Shown here piece by piece: positions 11,195 to 23,207 of a stretch of DNA of 64,000 bases. The translations under genes were made by a program, and so were the position numbers. The stretch is from Massalongia carnosa. Its lineage: Eukaryota. Where the stretch lies: the NCBI GenBank assembly GCA_965645245.1, contig OZ287080.1:1364001-1428000 (forward strand). The letters run 5' to 3'. The notes under the pieces were generated by a model. It was not told the DNA's origin and did no database searches. It saw nothing but the letters and a program-made list of their open reading frames with translations. Position 1 is the stretch's first letter, and each line of letters opens with the position of its first letter.

Positions 11195-12925
11195 ATGATT
11201 TGGATGGTCCAACAATGGCCATCCATCGATTTACTGTCAAACTATTCCTTCTTCATTTGCGTCATGTCAATCATATGGTTTTCCATCAAGGCGACTCTCA
11301 TGTATCTACACGCTATTGTCCAGAGCGATGTACCCTCACAGCTAGTTATTCTCTCAATTTTGCCAATCGTGTACTCAGGTCTTCCGCGGACCCTATATTC
11401 GATTACCCTACAGATTCTACTGGTGTTTGTTCAGCTTTCCACCAGTCTAGCTCGGCCCTCCGCGGAGCGAGCTTTGACCTATGATTCAAGGCTTTTCAAG
11501 TCAAACGTTCGCCTTCGCGATTTGGGGGAAGTGGTAGCATGGAACTTCGGCCCAATATGGGATGCGCCTGTAAGTATAGGTGGACAGGAATTCGTCATGC
11601 TTATTGATACTGGATCTTCAGACTTGTGAGTGCTGCCTTAATTCCCTTCGACTCAAGAGAAGCTAGTTTCTCCCATCTTGATCGATACTGATGGGCAAAT
11701 ATCTCTAGATGGGTCACCAGCACAGAGCTCCCGGCCGAACAGCAAGGCGTCCATAATCTTTACGACATCTCCATCAGCCCAACGGCCATCGCGTCGAATG
11801 GCGAAAGTTTTCAGGTCAACTACTCTTTTGAGGGCGCTGCAGGTTACGTAGTGGAGGAGACGGTGATGATCGGTGATCTCTCTTTGCAGCATATGCCCGT
11901 TGGTGTTGCTACTAGAATTGGACCTTATCTCGTGCAGAATAAAATAGACGGCATTTTAGGGTTAGGTTTTCAAAAAGGGAACTCAAGTCAGATCCCCTTA
12001 TCTTATCCCTCGTCTCTTGTACTAGGACGACCTTGTCGCAACCTTTCCAGCCTCGCCCCTAATGAAGCCTAACCTAGACTAGTTCGGCCACGGCAGTCCT
12101 CGACCTTTATGCAGCTCATTCAAGACCGACTCGACCTTCCTGTATTCACCGCTAATCTCCAGCCTAACAATCAAGACGGCTCCCTCGAGTTTGGCTATAT
12201 TGATCATACGCTCTACCATGGTGCTCTTGTCTCTGCACCCATCAATAACACCACCGATAGTTCTTGGACGGTCGATAATGTTGTGATGGTGATTAACGGC
12301 ATACGGGTCGTGCAGTCGATGCTCGTTGGTATTCGATTCCCTTTCCTGTTTCCCCCCTTTCGCTTTTCCTTTTTCTCTGCCTATGTCCAATCCCCTCATA
12401 TCGACTCCCCTAAACAGATCCAATAGATACAGGTGGAGCAAATTTTATGCATGTCGAACCCGCAATTGCAGCCGCCTACTACGCCCAAGTCCCTGACGCT
12501 CTCCTCACCGCTAATGGAACTAGTTCGTACTGGGGATTCCCTTGTAACACGCAGCTGTTTGATTTCGAGCTCCAGATTGGAGAAGGTGTGGCTATGATTC
12601 CGTCGCAGTTTATGAATGCGGGCCGCTTGTACGGTGCTGCCGCTTTACCGTGTAAGTTCTTACGATGTGCTCTCTTTTGTTTCTAAACTCTTGGTTTTGT
12701 GACCAGTAAACTCGCTCCTCCCCTCTCCACTCCCTCCCCTTTTACCTCTCCTTGCTTGGATTTCAGTCCCAAATATTTGGCTAACCTCCTTACTCCCCAA
12801 AAGTCTGCACAGGGGCCCTCCAACCCTCCATCGGCCGAGGCAGCGTTGGCGCCCCATTCTTCCAAGCTCTCTTCGTCGTCTTCAATCAAGCCGATCCATC
12901 AATCTCGTTCGCTCCACACGCTTAA
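11195..12925 (+). CDS. A1 (pepsin-like) aspartic protease, 5 exons; start codon uncertain
   Basis: LIDTGSSDL|WV, DGILGLGF, GSLEFGYID, second catalytic MLV|DTG, GAPFF, C-terminal ISFAPHA*; GT-AG introns restore the frame. Confidence 0.85.
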
Positions 12926-14570
12926 ATCCTCTTGTTAAGAGCATTCTTCCGGCCTTCGTAACAACTTTATTCCTTGTTGTGGGGGATAACTTGAGGATGC
13001 GAGAAAAAGTTTCGGGGTGGCATGAATATTTGGGTGCTAGCTTTTTTGGGTTTAGATACTTGGGTGAAGGGGCTGGAATCCACAGAGCGTTGAAAGGAGA
13101 CGGAAAGAAATCTTCCCCTTTGCAAATGGAATAAGTTGAACTAGTCTCACACACCCCTCATGTCTGGGGTTTGATCCGCACATTACCTTTCCAGACTAAT
13201 GTCTCCCCTCGTTTCTTTTAAAAAGCTAAATGGTCCCGTGAACGATCTTCAAATCGCCTCTTAGCTGAGAACCCATCAAATTCACAGACGATCAGAGGTA
13301 CGTATCCCCAAATGCAATCCACATTGATGAAATTACATAGGATCTCTCCATTCCCTCGGATCTGTTGATCAATCGGCGACATGTGACATTCATATGCGCT
13401 AATCATAACTCCGTCAAGGCCATTTTATTGTCCGGATGAGAAAAACAGATGGCACGCGGCAATTGACTATCGCTACCAGACCAATAATATTAATTTTTAT
13501 CGGCTGGAAGTTGACTTCGCGAGCTATCTAAAAAATGGATACTCGGCTTTCTCTCAGTTCAAGATGCTAGCCATGGAGCTTGGTTTGTGTATCCCTTCGT
13601 CTGTACATATGAAGTTGACTGTAATGTTAGTAGGATTATCGTACAAGATATTCCGGTTTATATGCGGTCTTCGTGAGTGCCTAGATCCAAACTTATCTTG
13701 AGCCAAAGGTGAGTTGATGAGGAGAGTCATTGGAGAGTTTCCTTCATCATCGAAATAGCTGGAATTGGAAGATGAACCTTCGACAAGGAGTTTTCCCGTG
13801 GTTCTACCACATTTTTGGATTTTTTTGGGGGTGTCAATGATGAAGCACATTCCTCCCACATCCTAATCAAGATGATACCTATTTAAGTTTTTCCTGTCTA
13901 TGGAGCCTTGATGCTTGATGAAAACCCTTTTTTAAGATCCAGTGAAGCATTCGAGTGAATGCTTTGTATAGTTTGGAAATATGAGCTACTTGGGTCATTG
14001 TTTTTATTTCTCCAACTCTTCAGATATTCAAATGGGATTACCTCCGTTGCTTCATCTTGTAAGGAATGGAGGAATCTCCAAATATTTCCCTGAATTCTAC
14101 ACGAAAGTCGGAGTACTATTGCTTAAGGAAAAGAAGAACACCGCGTAAGGGCACAACGCACTAATTCTTGAGGAGGATAGAGCACATGATCTCTTCGGCT
14201 TTGGTGCTTCTCTCTCTCTTTGGTTGTGCTCGATATTCGATAATCTCTTAGAAGGCCTTTCGAGCTTAAATATTCTTTGTTCAGAAACCAGTGCGGCCCC
14301 AACACACTCCCTACGTCGAGTTGTTGCAAGTTGAAAGGAGGTAAAAGCTTTCTGGCGTTCTTATCCCTATAGCCTTAAGAGACTTCCAAAGCCTTTCCTT
14401 GAGATGGGATAATATCCTATGTCTTACCCAGAATATTTGTCGTTGAATCTCTTTTCACGACGTAGAGTCGATCATGGACCACATGATATTAGATCCTAGC
14501 CTTCTCATTCATTGTTATTCACGCCAGTCAGTCTGCTCCATCCTCCGTTTCACGGTCAAAACTACTTTAT

Positions 14571-16885
14571 GTGGGGTCAGAAGTGTCCGGATAGGCGAGA
14601 ATTTTTTTAGTTTTGAAAAGTAAAAAACCACCTTTCAATCCATCATGCCACCACGACGTACCTCTAAACAGCCCAAAACTACGCGCAAAGAAGTGCCCGT
14701 CAAAATCAGAGCTGAAATGTACGATATGAGCCTCGCCGGCGCCTCCGTTAGTATTATATACGAGAATTCCGCAATGAGGTCGTTCCATCATAAAAAACAC
14801 TTTTAAGAAGGCTACAACACACGACGACCACAAATCGGAAGTACGATCTGATCGGCCCAAAATAATCACAGCACGAGAAGAGCGTCATTTGATACGAGCA
14901 GCGATTAAATCGAGGTCAAAGAACCGTCGAACCGTCGACAGCCTCTGAGAAAGTTGCAAGCTAACATTATGCTTGATGTTTCTCGAATCATCATGAAACG
15001 ACGTCTTCGAGATCAAAACGTTCGCAAATGACGCGCAGCTAATCTTGCGATGTTAACGAAAGCTCATGTTGCTGATCGACTGAGCTGGGCACATCAATAT
15101 AAGGATGTTTCGAAGGATGAGTGAGCTCAAATGTGTTGATATGATGAGATGTCAGTTTGCAAACATAATGAGAGTGAGAACGTGTGAGTTTTCCGACTTC
15201 CAAATGAGAAATGAGATCAAGAATGCTTCGAACCAGTCAACAATGAATCGAGAATCACAAAGATGTTCTGAGGTTGCTTTGCAGGCAATCGACGAAATGG
15301 TCTGACCTCGTTGAAGCCCGATTCAGATCGTACGAAAAAGAAAGATATCACATGTAAAGCGCTACGAGACCAGTAAGCTAATCACGAGCCACACTGATCT
15401 CGAAAGGGGAAATGCTCAGCGTGAGAGGTGGAAGATAGCTACTACGTGCTGGTCTCCGAGAGTATACGTGATCCAAAGAACTAACGGATGTGGAAGTGCT
15501 TAGACTAAGAGATCTCGTCCGAGACCCAAACATAGGTTGTTCATAGAATAAAGACTAATTGACTACAGGATTTGTTCTGGTATTTATCCTATTCACCCCA
15601 AGCCTATAGCTTGGGAGCCTTGGAATCTTAGGAGCCTTGCAACCCACATCTGACCTTATCGCCTTACATCCAATCATCCCTCAGGATCCATCCACGAACT
15701 CGACGTTCGCTGGATCATCTAGTCAGCCTCGAGCAGCCTTCTAGATCTTCCCTTGCAAGGTAGAACAGTTCTACCTCCGGCTAGATCCCTCGCCACATTG
15801 CTAGCCTGCCTCTAAACATAAAGTCTAGAGGTCGAGGCTATGTAGCTTCATTTCGCCGTCACCACTACCAACGTAGCGATGGAAGGTTACCTCCGACTGA
15901 ATCTCTCTCTACACTGCGGACCTGCCTCTAGACACAAGGTCTAGACTACAAGGTCATGTAGGTTCATTCAGCCGACATCACTACCAGCGTAGCAATAAAG
16001 GTTGAAGCTGAAGTTTACACCGGGAAGGCCGAGCTCAAGCTGCGTCCAGCTAGCCGTGCCTCCTGCTACAACCCTTGATCCATCAAGAGATCGACTAGCT
16101 CCGAGTGTAGATTCCATATAGTTCACGGCTAGTGTCCACAGGAGTTCGCCTTACACTCCATGGCAATCTACCACCGCGGCCTCGACAGGTGTTTGATCTG
16201 TAAGCAGTCTAGAACGTAGTAACAACTAATTCGGAGTTGTGTGGCAAGGTGGCGTCGTGTCAACCTCGACGGCTATGCGACTACGGCTTGGCTCATGCTA
16301 GTTAATCCCGCAACCGCCGTAGGCGATCACGTATCCCTCTAGCGCCATCCGTATTACATCACAGGATTGATTATACTCGATGCCTATAAAGAACATCTTT
16401 CTATCATGCTCGATGACGATTCGAGCATTGTTTTCATGCAAGATGAAGCTAATACACACAAAATTCGAGAGACAATGAACTGATTCAAAGAAAAGAAGTA
16501 CACGGTCATGAATTGATCGATTTACTCCCTCGTTTCGAACCTCGTCGAGATGATATGAAAGAAAGTGAAGAACATAGTCTTAGAAGACATCCCGAGTTAG
16601 CATTCTGTCAGCAAGTGTCCCAAAAATTCAAGAGGTCATTGTTGATGCTGTCTTGAAGGCATGGGACTACATAACGGAGGCGTTTTTGGAAAGTTTAATG
16701 TGGTCAATGCCTCGTCGAGTGCAAGCAGTCCTGAACGCAAATGGAGGTTATACTAAATATTAGTTATATGCAAACAAATAATCGCATCATTTTAATGAAA
16801 CGTTGATTTTGTAGCAGCAAGCACAGATAATTCATACTGCTATGAAATTCGTTTAAATTCGCCTATCCGGACACTAACGACCTAC
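14571..16885 (+). mobile_element. Degenerate Tc1-like transposon (mutated transposase, imperfect ~28-bp TIRs)
   Basis: TIR core AGTGTCCGGATAGGCGA at both ends in inverted orientation. Remnants MPPRRT, RSDRPKIITAREERHL, RLSWAHQY, MF*GCF, FMQDE, ending GGYTKY* at ~16762. Confidence 0.85.
15353..16358. mobile_element. 1006-bp solo LTR nested in the Tc1 relic
   Basis: TGTAA...TTACA termini with 5-bp duplication TCACA (15348-15352 and 16359-16363). The transposase remnant resumes after it. Confidence 0.85.
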
Positions 16886-17226
16886 CTTTTTTATTTATTT
16901 ATTCATTAAGCGTATGCATCCTTATGATATGACGCTGTGACTGCTATTTATGTACATAAAAAACAGTCAGGAAGTGGAAACGTGGCCCCCATGGTAAAAC
17001 CACTCCCTTTTATTCCATATTGAACGCAACGAGATCGTTCTTCTACCACGCGGTGCATACACCCAGATCTTCAAGCGCTAGGAATCCTATAGACCCGATA
17101 AACTAGACAGTGTATCTCCACACGTTCGATGAAAATTCTCTCTCTTTAACCGTTTTGACTCAATAGATGATAGACTGGCCATGATCGAGGGCAGATCGTG
17201 GTGTCGTATAAATGAAGATGTGAAAA

Positions 17227-17443
17227 TGTGGCCATTCCGAATGATGGGCTTTTTCGATGAGGTGAAAGGCTTCCGCCTGGGGGGTGTGGCCATTCCGACT
17301 GAATGGACTTTTTCGATGAGGTGAAAGGCTTCCGCCTGGGGGGTGTGGCCATTTCGACTAAATGGGCTTTTTCGATGAGGCTCTTTCGATGAGGTGAAAG
17401 GCTTCCGCCTGAGGGGTGTGGCCATTCCGAATGAATGGGCTTT
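17227..17443. repeat. ~59-bp minisatellite, ~3.5 copies
   Basis: Unit approximately TGTGGCCATTCCGAATGAATGGGCTTTTTCGATGAGGTGAAAGGCTTCCGCCTGGGGGG. Confidence 0.9.
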
Positions 17444-19721
17444 GTATGCCTTCGAAGTGGTGAATGATCAGTAGAGACGTTGCTCATTCAAATGGCCACC
17501 GAGGTGGGCTTCAGCGTTGGCGATGATCAGATATTGGCCACCTCCGAGGAGGTGTTGATAGCCTGCACCACTTAGAGGTTTCTGACCTAGCAGGCCTAAC
17601 GACCTACCTTGTACCATAATAGCATAATTCAATTCTTCCACTCGAATAGATTGTTCTAGGGACACCCAAAGAGCATATGAATACCATCTGGAGAGTCCGG
17701 TAAATTTCAACAGACAACCCAGTGCTAACCAAGAGGGCCTCCAAGTACCTTAGCATCTCCGTGGAACCCCAAATCAACCGGATCATAGTATTTTCATACT
17801 ACTTCAAATGCAGAGATCAATTATAGGTCTTTAGGGCCTGGGACAAGAGAATTCTTAAGGAGTCTGACATTGTACTGCTAGCTGATAACTTCTCAAAAAT
17901 TTGGCCGAGATCACTTCCTTGGAAGGTGAAGATCTCTGGATGATTTCCCTCCCTCTCTCAAAAGGGGTACTAAATCCAGCGTCAGATACTGCCAGCCGAG
18001 ACCCCAATTCTCCCACTTCTCGATATCTGATATCGGTTATTCAAAGATGCTGGGGCTAAGACAGCTCCGATTACGTCGAATCGGACATTCTGCCAACAAT
18101 AAATCAAGAGCGCTGACGAGCTGAAAGTTCCGTAGGACTTAACAAGGACCCCAACAGCTCTTCTGAGACATTGGCTACGGTGCTTGCTTAAGAAAATACA
18201 CCATTGGCATATCCGGACCATCTCCACAAACCTCCTAATTCAGCACGAAACGACTTTCGCAAAAGAACACGAACATTGGAAAGCTATACACGAGCTTTTT
18301 TCGAATCATCGGCGGCCATAATTAATCCATAGACTCAACATGCAACAGCAGCCGCGCCGAACATTGACAATGCCAGTTTCTCTATCAAATCGTTAGCAAC
18401 AAGTATGCGCTAGTTTGAGGGGACAGATGGAATTGTTGTTAATCGATGAATGTACAACGGTCTGACCGCTCACATCCCCTTGTTAATTAACTTCAATGGT
18501 ATATACTAATATACCGCCCAATCCAATCTCTTCCCAAACTTCTCTGCCCCGCGCTCGAGTCGCCGGCTTCCTTTCTCATGGCCCAATGAATGTGACTTAT
18601 TTCATGCTTCGCTGTGGAAACCACATATGTAGCTCTCGAACTAACCCTCCCTTCACTGCTTACAACAGGGAGACCGATGCCAGCACCAGCGTTTTCTACT
18701 CAGATCTCTGCATTGCTAAGGCTTAACAAGATACGGACATGACTGCAGTCTAGAACCTCAAGGCCATGAGGACTAAACAAGGCAAAAGAAAAACTACTTA
18801 ATCCCAATTGGGAATTTACAAGTGGCCCGCTCTTTTTGAAAAACATCGCATTCTCGCTCACCAATTACATATAACGAGCATCCTTAAAACACTCAGCTTA
18901 TCCGGATAGCGGCTTTCATCACCTTAAAAACTTATATGGAACCCCCATACTTTTATCCACCAATCACGTGGAAAACCCCGCCAACCCACAAACAAGCTCT
19001 CTCTCCTCCCGTTCCCGCCCCCATTCTGATTCCCACCCAACTAACCAACTAAGCAAACAGTTCCCTGGATACGAAAGAGCGTTCAGCCAACCAGATCGCC
19101 CCCCCCAAAAAAGACGATTCACAGCGAGAATAAAAAACACCATTGTGACAGACGAAGCAAGCATTCCAGCCCGTTGTTTGTTGGGTCCGCGTCACCTACC
19201 TATCCGTAAATGAACCAGTTCCGGAGAGGCGTAACTCAAAGTTGGGGGTAGTGCCTGATAATTATGTACATATCTGCCTATCCCATGCAGTGCGCCAAAA
19301 CGGCTTCTTTGCATTGAGGGGCACCGGCCTTGAGGGTAGGTTATGTGATAGCCTTGCAGAGTGAAAACGGGGATGATAGGGATGAGGGAGTTATTGGGTA
19401 ATGTGAGAGGGTAGGCACACTTACCTATCTAGAGCGTTAGGAGGGAGCAAGGCGTAAAGAGAAAAAAGAGCACAACATGGTGATCGTACCACTTCAACGG
19501 GAGAAGTTACATCAAGCGGAAGGTCGCATTCACAGTAAGCAATGTGACCTTTTTAGTCCTCGGCAGCTGGCAGCTACCTTTAATTACTACTCGTTCCTTT
19601 TCATTGAATGACAGTCTGGTAGATATCAATAGAAAGCTTCGCTATACATATAGTAGCTCGGGAGTACAGAAGTTCGCTTCGTCTAATCTCGTGAAATTTG
19701 CATCGACTGAAGCATATCCTC

Positions 19722-21844
19722 CTAGACTCTTAATTTATCTGCCTTCATATCCGGAACAATCTCCACCACGACGCCTTTGGGCGCTCGCTTTCCGATTTCC
19801 CCCGCGCCGTACCTATTGATGATGATTAGTAGCCGTTCCTAGGATCTAATAGTATGCAAATCCAATATATAATTAAATTATATATTACGTATTAAAAATC
19901 TTTTAAATAAAAGGATATAAATTAAACGTACCAGGAGATAATAGCCATGCCGATGAACGCGCTCATGCAGCTGAAAACAAGCGCCACAATCCCCCGTGAT
20001 GTGAAGCCTGCCGGTAGCCTTGCTGGAGGTTGCGTCGCACCTTTGAGGTTGAGAAGGTCTTGGGTTCTACCCGCAGCGTTGCCCTCGGTAAGGATGTTCT
20101 GGGACTTGCAAGCCTGAATGTGGTCATCTGGAATCTTGAGGGAGGCTTGTAGTTCCTCAGGCGCTTCGACCATAGTCGCAACGAGGCCACCTGCAACGTG
20201 CCATTCGATATGGCAATGAAATAGCCAGATGCGTGAGGGTGGTCAGTGGGGGGCTTTGCTTCTGCTGGAGAGTGGGGAACATATCTGGATTATCTGCGCG
20301 GAAGCGGAGAACAATGTGGCCGTTCGGCCGCACCATAAATGTGTCTCGCCTCATAGGAACTTCTGGGAAGGTATTATTGTTGGCATAGAAGCCGGCTTCT
20401 TCTTTAGACCGAACAACTGCTTGGAAGGCGTGCCCATGCAAATGGAAAGGATGCTTTCCCGGATCCTCATTGTTGAGGATGATCTCGATAACTTGATTCT
20501 TCTTTAGAACGTAAGCATTAACGTTGATACCGTAGACAGCGGCGTTGGTGGCGACGGTACCGGTGCTAAGGGCGGTAAAGAGAGTGGGAACTTTGGGATA
20601 CACGTAAGTGATATCATTAAAGAATGCACTTAATCATATTGTCAGCACAGGTTTCACCAGGATTTACAATTACTTACTACTTTGCCCCATTGCCCAGATT
20701 GTCCATCCTCACGTTCAAGTTGAAAGAAAAGTCCGGGTTCTCGAAGAGCTTTTCGCCGTCTTCTGGCACTAGGGCGAAATCATCAAAAGGATTGAATTGA
20801 TCTATGAGAATCGGTTTTGGCAAATCCTTTGCTTTATCATATACTAGCCAACCAGTGACGTTTGGATTTAGCGAATCCGGGATAGTGTCAAAGAGGTCCT
20901 ACCTTGCATAAGCTTCGGAAAAAATGCAGGCCTCTAAACATACCTGGTCCATGCTTCCAACAATGGCAAAATTAGCAGAAGTATCATTCTTTGTGGTAAC
21001 AAGGACACTGTATCTTTGCGCAGCAGTGATATAGATCTGTTCTGCTTCCGCCGCTTTGGTGTAGATTCCATCAACTTCAACGATGCGCATGGTATGGCCT
21101 TCAAACCAGAGGTATTGTGCAGCGAAAGCTGCCATGTTAACTATGCGGAACATATAAGTCTTCCCAGGCTTGATTGGAATACTAAGATCCTGGGTGTCAT
21201 TCATGAGTGCTGCTTTAGGAATAGGTTCAGCACCAGTAGGGTTGGCATAGCTGATGAAACCAGCGAGAAGACCTGGCATTTGGTGATGATACCAATCGGA
21301 AAGGGTAAGAACGAGCTCCTCGTCATATTGGTCCTTGTAGGGGGACTCGGGATCATTGATGATTAGAGCGCCACGGAGACCATCAGGATACTGGCCTGGA
21401 GAATGAGAGTGATACCAGTATGTTCCGGGTTGCTTGATCTTTATAATATATAAGTCACGCTTGACCAAAATGATATGAATCATAGTTGGGGCTCACCTGA
21501 AAGTCGTAGGTGAAAGATGCTCCAGGCGCAATAGGACATTGTGTTACACCTACCGGGCCATCCATCTCTGTGGTTCCATTCTGATACAAGCCGTGAAAAT
21601 GCAGACTAGTAGACTGGTTCCCAAGATGGTTCACAACATTGACCATAACACGATCTCCAACGCTCGCAGTGATATGTGGTAGAGGCCATTGACCATTGAT
21701 ACCCATAACAGGTCTCGCGAAAGCACCGTCAGGATTCGCTATTACCCATCCAATATCAAAATTATACGTGACGCTTGCAGCTTGTACAATGGTTGCAAAG
21801 GATATTAGCCCCCTAATGGCAGACTTGGTAAAGTAAGATATCAT
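19722..21844 (-). CDS. fetC: Iron-transport multicopper ferroxidase (Fet3/FetC), 6 exons
   Basis: Signal peptide, [17 protein letters not shown] and HCHIEWH copper motifs, C-terminal TM ([23 protein letters not shown]); divergent to an Ftr1 permease. Confidence 0.95.
20233..20284 (-). other. Putative non-canonical AT-AC intron (52 nt) in fetC
   Basis: ATATGT...CTGAC...CTCAC; excision gives the conserved [16 protein letters not shown]. Confidence 0.8.
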
Positions 21845-22032
21845 GCTGCTCTCTGAAAGTATATTGAGTTATTCTTTAGAGAAGAGAGAAGAACCGAAGA
21901 AGTCCTTTAATGGAGAGAGAAATATGTAAGAGAAACAAGGTCTCCTACTTGGTGAATAGGGAAGATCTGTCTCCAAGCGTGCCTTTCTGGGTGCTTGGTT
22001 GTCGATGGGAGGAACCGAAGACCTACAAAAGG

Positions 22033-23086
22033 ATCTGATAAGATTGGCTTTGTCTAATCTGATTGTCACGCTGTTATGCTTGCCTAAAAGTAGAAGTGCA
22101 TTGAAAGTTATCTTAATTTTAATCCATACCTTTTCCGTAACACACGCCTAGTATAGAGGGGTTGAAATGCCGGTGGTCGGCGAGACCGACAGGGTCACTG
22201 TCCCGAGAACCCAAGGACTTGCCTCTCAGTGCCAGCCTTTGAAATAGTAGGCAGATGTCCGTAGGTCTGAACGGTCAACGCAAACTGAGGACTGAAAATC
22301 TAGGCCAAGGATCTGCTAGCTTATCAGATCAAATAAACCTACACTTCAACTGGCCAATAAAACTATGAACGCGGGCACCCTAATGTTTCAATTGACGAAG
22401 AAACCTTGTTCGGTGTCAAGCTAAGCGAAGACAGGAAATGCAAGTTGATCACAGTGCTGATTGATGACAGCACAACAATCCTGGTGCATTGAGCATGCTG
22501 CTCCCAGTGCAGGCTAAATGGTCATCCTGAATGCTGCCAAGAGAAAGATCGAATGATCAACCAAAGATAAAAATGAAGGGGATTACATACAGGGTTTTGT
22601 GAATGTTAAGAGATTTGATCAGGTTTGACAACAGATAATTATTCGTGTGAGTTTGAGAAGCGAAGAGAGTGTGAGTATCAATGCTCCAAACCGTGCAGGT
22701 TAATGTTACTCAGCATAGCGCACGTGAAAATAGGTTGACGGTATTGAAGAAGTAGGGTAGGCCCGCCTAATGGATGGAACCAGTCGAGGCATTTGAAGAA
22801 GTTAGCGTCATGTGGGAGGAGTTTTCATAACCGAGAAAACCCGCCACCTCCGCTCAAGACTCCAGATCCCTTCTCTCTGCAGAAGCTAATCCACTTACGA
22901 TTCATCCCGACATCGGCGAATATTATCTGATGACACTTCCAACCGAACGAAGACGCAGATCGAGCGTATAATGAATTGGTGTTGAAGCGGCATGTGATTC
23001 CAATGACGAAGTAATAACGCTAGTTTTAACCGAGATCAGATAAAGTTTGGACTTTCCCGTCTGCCCTTATCAATCTCATCAGATAA
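22033..23086. promoter_or_regulatory. Five ATCWGATAA boxes (SreA/GATA iron-repressor consensus) in the bidirectional fetC-ftrA promoter
   Basis: ATCTGATAA 22033-22041; TTATCAGAT 22321-22329; TTATCTGAT 22923-22931; ATCAGATAA 23035-23043 and 23078-23086. Confidence 0.85.
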
Positions 23087-23207
23087 AATTCTAACGACTC
23101 TATTACCCATCAATAGTCTGCACTCGAGGACTAATAAAAGGGGGCATACTGACCTTTCGCCTGAGACCTTGCGAACCGTCAAGTTCCCTTCTCTCGTGTC
23201 GAGCAAG

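Noticed and set aside
13550..14500. Possible minus-strand ankyrin remnant (DDEGNSPMTLL, GRNVLHH)
   Set aside because: Too fragmentary to support without a search.
17000..17185. MADS-box-like fragment (SKRLKRENFHR..TL)
   Set aside because: The similarity is too short and the frame is broken.
17227..17443. CRISPR array or hammerhead-ribozyme repeat (GATGAG..GAAA)
   Set aside because: No unique spacers in a eukaryotic context; the CUGANGA core and stem II are not satisfied.
19813..19931. Very AT-rich patch at the fetC 3' end
   Set aside because: Explained as the last GT-AG intron.
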